64,000 nucleotides of DNA from Eledone cirrhosa (lineage: Eukaryota), in NCBI GenBank assembly GCA_964016885.1, contig OZ024749.1, positions 54,374,001 through 54,438,000 of the forward strand. The letters are read 5' to 3'. Under the pieces are notes generated by a model. That model saw nothing but the letters and a program-made list of their open reading frames with translations, ran no database searches and had not been told where the DNA came from. Below, in pieces: positions 59,066 through 64,000 of the stretch. The position numbers were made by a program, and so were the translations under genes. The stretch's first letter is position 1; each line of letters begins with the position of its first letter.

Positions 59066-59166
59066 TGAGGTTAACTTTGCCTTCCATCCTTACGGGGTCG
59101 ATAAAATAAAGTACCAGTAATGCACTGGAATAATTGCTGGCCTTGTGCCAAAAGTAGAAACAATTA
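59066..59166 (+). mobile_element. 5'-truncated SINE family A copy
   Basis: gaggttaactttgccttccatccttacggggtcgataaaataaagtaccagtaatgcac...agtagaaacaatta. Confidence 0.85.
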
Positions 59167-59179
59167 AATTACATATATA

Positions 59180-59212
59180 CATACTTTACATTACGTGTGT
59201 GTGTATGTAAGT

Positions 59213-59271
<59 letters not shown>

Positions 59272-59296
59272 TTTACATTACGCGTGTGTGTAAGTA

Positions 59297-59327
<31 letters not shown>

Positions 59328-59615
59328 CTTTACATTACGTGTGTGTGTATGTAAGTAACATATATATATATATATATATATATATACTTTACATTACGTG
59401 TGTGTATGTAAGTAATATATATATATATATTATTATATATATATATATAGGAACGAGTAGGACCCCGACGGCTGAGCTCAAGCCGTTTCGACGGCTAATT
59501 CTGGACTAAATATTGAGTACTTTGGTGCGTTATGGTCCATCTGGTTCCTTACCACATTTCCTTCGTTATATGTGTATATATATATATACGTTACATTACG
59601 TGTGTATGTAAGTAA
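59180..59615. repeat. Tandem repeat tactttacattacgtgtgt...gtaagtaa + (TA)n, 5 copies, interrupted by a short element at 59449-59568
   Basis: Seen directly. Confidence 0.8.
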
Positions 59616-59719
59616 TCTTAGTGATTGAGTTGAGAGAGAATGATAAAACAAAGGAAAAAAAGAGATAGAAAGAAAAAGAGAGACAGTAAGGAGACAATAC
59701 ACTGATATGTAAACTGCTA

Positions 59720-60028
59720 TTCCGTCGGTTAAGACGATGAGTGTTTTAGTTGAATACGATCAACATAACCTATTGGTGAAATTAACGTACAAGTGGCTGA
59801 GCATTCCGCAGACACGTGTATCCTTAACGTCAGGGAGATTCAGTGTGACAGAGTGTGGCAAGGCTGGCCATTCGAACTACAGGTACAACTCATTTTTGCC
59901 AGCTGAGTGAACTGGAGAAACGTAAAAAAAGTGTCTTGCTCAAGGACAACACCTCACCCGGTCCGGGAATCGAACTCACAACCTCACGATTGTAAGCCAT
60001 ACGTTCTAACCATTAAGCCACGCACCTT
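59720..60028 (-). mobile_element. tRNA-derived SINE family B (V-SINE-like), near full length
   Basis: Minus strand ggtgcgtggcttaatggttaga (A box) ... gagttcgattccc (B box) ... tgtccttgagcaagacac (V-domain-like motif). Confidence 0.8.
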
Positions 60029-60202
60029 GACTTGTACAAGTAGCAAGAGAAGATATAAATATACACCAATATTATTAGTTTATATTTATAGCTGTGGTTA
60101 TTAAAAGTATTTAACTTTGTAACTAAATGTTGTCGGTGTCTTGAGGCGTTTGTCCTGGCAATACCCGAAACTACTTGACCAATTCCTTAAATTACAACTA
60201 CA

Positions 60203-60389
60203 GGCTGTGGATTGGCAGTATCGGTAGGGGTCGGACGCTATGCTTTCCAGCATAGTTACGTCCCTTAATGATCCGAGTTCAAATCCCGCCGAGGTTGACT
60301 TTGCCTTTCATCCTTACGGGGTCGATAAAATAAAGTACCAGTAATGCACTGGGTAATTGCTGGCCTTGTGCCTAAAGTTGAAACAATTA
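60203..60389 (+). mobile_element. Full-length SINE family A copy
   Basis: Nearly the same as 40053-40242. Confidence 0.88.
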
Positions 60390-60437
60390 ATGAAACTATG
60401 AATATGTAAAACGTTCCAAACGTTTGCTTATAAATGT

Positions 60438-60473
<36 letters not shown>

Positions 60474-61407
60474 CTACGGCGGGTAAAATTCCCGAGATCC
60501 ATGGACGAGTTCTCTCCAGCGGTCTCTGTCCCTCATTATCGCTGCCATATCCTGCATCTCCAACAGACCAGTGTCTGTCCTTAGGGCATCAACATATGTT
60601 AACCTTGGTCTTCCTCTTCTAGTGTGTCCATGTAGGGGCTCCCAAAGGAGCACTGAGTGCAATGTCAACTCTGGATGTCGGTGAGCATGTCCAGCCAACC
60701 TCAGTCTCCTCTGTGTCACTTTTGAGCTGACTTTTGGGATGCTCCCATACAGCTCTGAGTTTTTCATCCTCAGTGTATACTGATTAATGTTCAGAGCCAT
60801 CCTCAGCATTCTCGTGTAGCACCTATCCACCATCTGAGTGAGTTTCTTGGTCAGTATCCAAGTCTCAGACCCATACAGCAGCACAGACTCCACTACAGCA
60901 ATGAAGAGGCGGATTTTCAGGTCTCTACGAAGGTCCGACTTCCACACCGATCTCAAGCTGTGGCACGCCGCCCAGGCCTTGCTCTTCCTCTCAACCACAT
61001 CATCCTCCGTATTCCCAATCTTTGCTCCCAAATACAGGAAGTCCTCAACCAATTCCAGCGGCTTCCCGCCTACATTAGTGATCCCCTCTGGCTTCTCAAC
61101 ATTCTCTACCAGATATTTTGTTTTAGTCTCATTCATTCTCAGCCCCACACTCATCGACACAGTCTCAACCTCCCGCATCAAATCCTCTGTCACCTTCACT
61201 GTATTTGTCACCAAAACTACACCTGATGGGATGACAGAGTTCTTTGAGATACTGGCTGGAGTGCTCCAGGGAGATACATTGGCTCCCTACCTTTTTATCA
61301 TCGTAGTGGACTATTATATGCGCCTTGCACTGGAGAAACACCAGGACTCTGGCTTTACTGTAGCACCGGCTCAGAGCAGGAGAGTTGGGGCGAAAAAGGT
61401 ATCGGAT
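60474..61407 (-). mobile_element. 5'-truncated RTE-clade LINE with an inverted 5' segment, inserted in (TA)n
   Basis: 60474-61214 (-) encodes the RT C-terminal half (GLRMNETKTK, FLYLG, ESVLLYGSETW, RRLRLAGH, RGRPRLTY). About 61215-61407 (+) encodes the preceding TPDG...GVLQGDTLAPYLF...KKVSD. The FADD motif expected between them is missing. Confidence 0.9.
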
Positions 61408-61458
61408 ATATATATATATATATATTGGAAAATGTGTGAGATCCTTGGTACAGTTAGG

Positions 61459-61640
61459 TATATTTGAAAAAAAGGAAAAGAATGACTTCACTTGTAGTTC
61501 TAAATAATTTGATATAGTTTTATAATATTATGAGTTGGTAGAACTACTAGTTCTACCAACTCATATTATATATTATAAAATTAGATCAAATTATTTAGAA
61601 CTACAAGTGAAGTCATTCTTTTCCTTTTTTTAAATATATA
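61459..61640. repeat. Near-perfect palindrome, arms about 85-90 bp
   Basis: aaaggaaaagaatgacttcacttgtagttctaaataatttgat...gagttggtagaacta-c-tagttctaccaactc...atcaaattatttagaactacaagtgaagtcattcttttccttt. Confidence 0.9.
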
Positions 61641-62919
61641 CAGTATATATATACACACACACACACATATATATAAAGGTATCCTCCGTCAGTTTTGACG
61701 TTGAGTGTTGCAGTTGTTTCATCAACTTAATTGCTTAGTCATTTGGATTATAGTGTAATTGTTTAAGTATAGTCTAATTGTAACCCTCGGTCACAATCTT
61801 CGTGACACCTATAACTATAGGATCTATTTGATGAAGGCCGCTGTGGGCCAAAAGAACAACCCTATACAACAGTGAAAGTGTTTTAGATATGTTCACGTAT
61901 TTTCCCAGGCAACAATCTACAGTTTGTGCTATTACTGCTGTTTAAACTGAAAACATCGCTATTCTTTATTATAATTGGGTGTGTTCATTTACACTGTGTG
62001 TGTTTTTATTACCTTCCTACTACTGTTATTGTTGTTACTGGAGTTGTTATAGTTGTTGTTGGTCATTCATTCTTCCCATGAACTGCACTATATAATGTGT
62101 GTTTCTTTTTTTTTTATTCCATGTCATTTCTATCCTAAATAAGGAAGGTAACAACCTTACAATTTCAAACACAAAGGTAACAGAGAGCTCGATATTTCTC
62201 ACACATACCAATGTTATGGATCACAATTCAAAAAATATTAATAGTCATTTTTCACGAGATGCACTCTATTTTCTGGTATCATCATCATCATTGGCATCAT
62301 CATCATCGTCATCATTATCCCCTGACACGTTCACAAACAGACCTGTCAACTCTCTCTGGCGGGCGGGGGAGATCTTTCACCCACTCTGGGGTAGCTGAGA
62401 GGTGTCTTCTCTTGTGAAAATGGGTATAGCTTTCATTGTGTAAAATCTCCCCATTTGCCTCATTTCTCCCCGTTTAGGGGTACTTTCTTTAATGGTACTT
62501 CCCGTTGGGGTTTTTAGAGGTTAGCAAGTCTGCTACATCCACGGGCAGAAATGCACCTGCAAATGTTAGTTTACAAATTCAATTTGCATATACACACAAA
62601 CATATATACATATACACACAAACATATATACATATACATACAAACATATATACACACGCTTATATACATATCCAATTAGGTTTTTAATTCAATTGCCATA
62701 AATTACCAATTTCAGAATCTATTTCATAACAATTTATGTTATATTGATTGTAAAGTATTCTTTTGTCCGTCTGTCACACACAGACGCTACGATCTGATAA
62801 AATGGTCCTAAAATATTTAGAACTCATGAAAAGCACAAATGTTGGGTTTAACTGTTCTAAATCTCCCACATGGCTTTCATCCCAGAAATCTATTAACGGG
62901 GTGGAATAGCAATTTATCT

Positions 62920-63076
62920 ACATGTGTGTATGTGTGTGTGTACACGTCACATACACGAGAGAGAGTGAGTGTGAGAGTGTGAGTGTGAGTGTGAGTGTGA
63001 GTGTGTGTATGTGTGTGTGTGTGTGCGTGTGTGCGTGTGTCTGTGTCTGTGTGTCTGTGTGTGTACACGTCACATA

Positions 63077-63116
<40 letters not shown>

Positions 63117-63144
63117 TGAGTGTGAGTGTGAGTGTGTGAGTGTG

Positions 63145-63195
<51 letters not shown>

Positions 63196-63235
63196 GTGCG
63201 TGTGTCTGTGTCTGTGTGTCTGTGTGTGTGTGTTT
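62920..63235. repeat. GT/GA compound microsatellite with a duplicated tacacgtcacatacacga motif
   Basis: Seen directly. Confidence 0.85.
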
Positions 63236-64000
63236 CATGCTTCTGTTCAATATCAGTATTTTGCTTCTCTTTTTGGCTGGCTTCAGATATTGCAATCATG
63301 AATTGTAAGAGGATCGCAGCCTCGGTGGGGGGGGGGGGGGGGGTCCCGGGGTGTGCCTGCCTTGAACTTGGTGATATTTGGGGGTTTAGGGAACGTCTAG
63401 AGAGAGAGGGGAAGTGAGAGAGAACGTCTCTAAATTAGAAGGGGAGGGGGTTGGTTGAAATATGTCAGTGGGACATTCAGGTCAAACATCCTTCCTTGGG
63501 GCATTAAAATAGTGCAGCGGAATCTCTTCTGCCTGTGTATGCTCACCCGATGTGTGTGTGTGCGTACGTACGTGTGCGCGTGTGTGTGTGTGTACGTACG
63601 TGTGCGCGTGTGTGTGTACGTACGTGCATGCGTATGTTTTCTCTTAAAGCAAGTCACAGCTTTGACTCATAAAATTTAGGTCTGATTCTAATATCTTACA
63701 TATTTTAAAGATCAACAAGAAATGTGGAACAAAGAGAGAAGGAGGGAGAGAGAGAAGGAGGAGGATGTGTGTGGGTGCATGTTTGTGTGCGAGCGAGAGT
63801 ATGTGTGTGTGCGTGCGTGATAGAGTACGTGTGTGCATGTATGTGATAGCGAGAGAGAGATACTGAAATAGAGTGAGTGAGGGAGACTGAGTGTGAGTGA
63901 GAGAGAGTGTGTTTGTGTGATAGTGTGTGTGTGAGTGAGTGTGATTGTGTGATAGTGTATGTATGAGTGAGAGTGTGTGTGTGTTTGAGTGTAATTTCAT

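Noticed and set aside
59950-60028. tRNA gene
   Set aside because: The tRNA-like A/B boxes continue into a SINE body found in several copies, and there is no clean cloverleaf.
60838-61467. 209-aa plus-strand ORF as an independent gene
   Set aside because: A chimera of antisense RTE sequence and the inverted RT segment running into (TA)n.
62270-62575. Minus-strand exon after a ctaac...tttgcag acceptor-like signal
   Set aside because: All three frames hit stops within about 25 codons and no homology is recognisable.

Overview
Repeat-rich, AT-rich eukaryotic DNA. The SINE/LINE repertoire and the huge TA/CA/GA microsatellites suggest an invertebrate, most likely an octopus-type cephalopod (inference). 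Almost all listed ORFs are microsatellite artefacts. The one credible host coding segment is the first coding exon of a filamin-like gene (47151-47490, CH1 domain, phase-1 GT donor), so the rest of the window is probably its intron. Mobile elements include a young 5'-truncated CR1-group LINE (29880-31750), an RTE-clade LINE with a twin-priming 5' inversion (60474-61407), bipartite RTE derivatives, two tRNA-derived SINE families, mariner MITEs and palindromic elements. The standout is a 3.6-kb array of near-identical 466-bp units in the putative filamin intron (52233-55853). Every unit carries a type I hammerhead ribozyme motif in a long rod-like stem plus an octamer motif. The array has two divergent arms (about 5 + 2.7 units) inserted in (TA)n. 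This looks like a retrozyme (circular-RNA retroelement) copied by rolling-circle reverse transcription with twin priming. All calls were made by eye; nothing was computed or searched.
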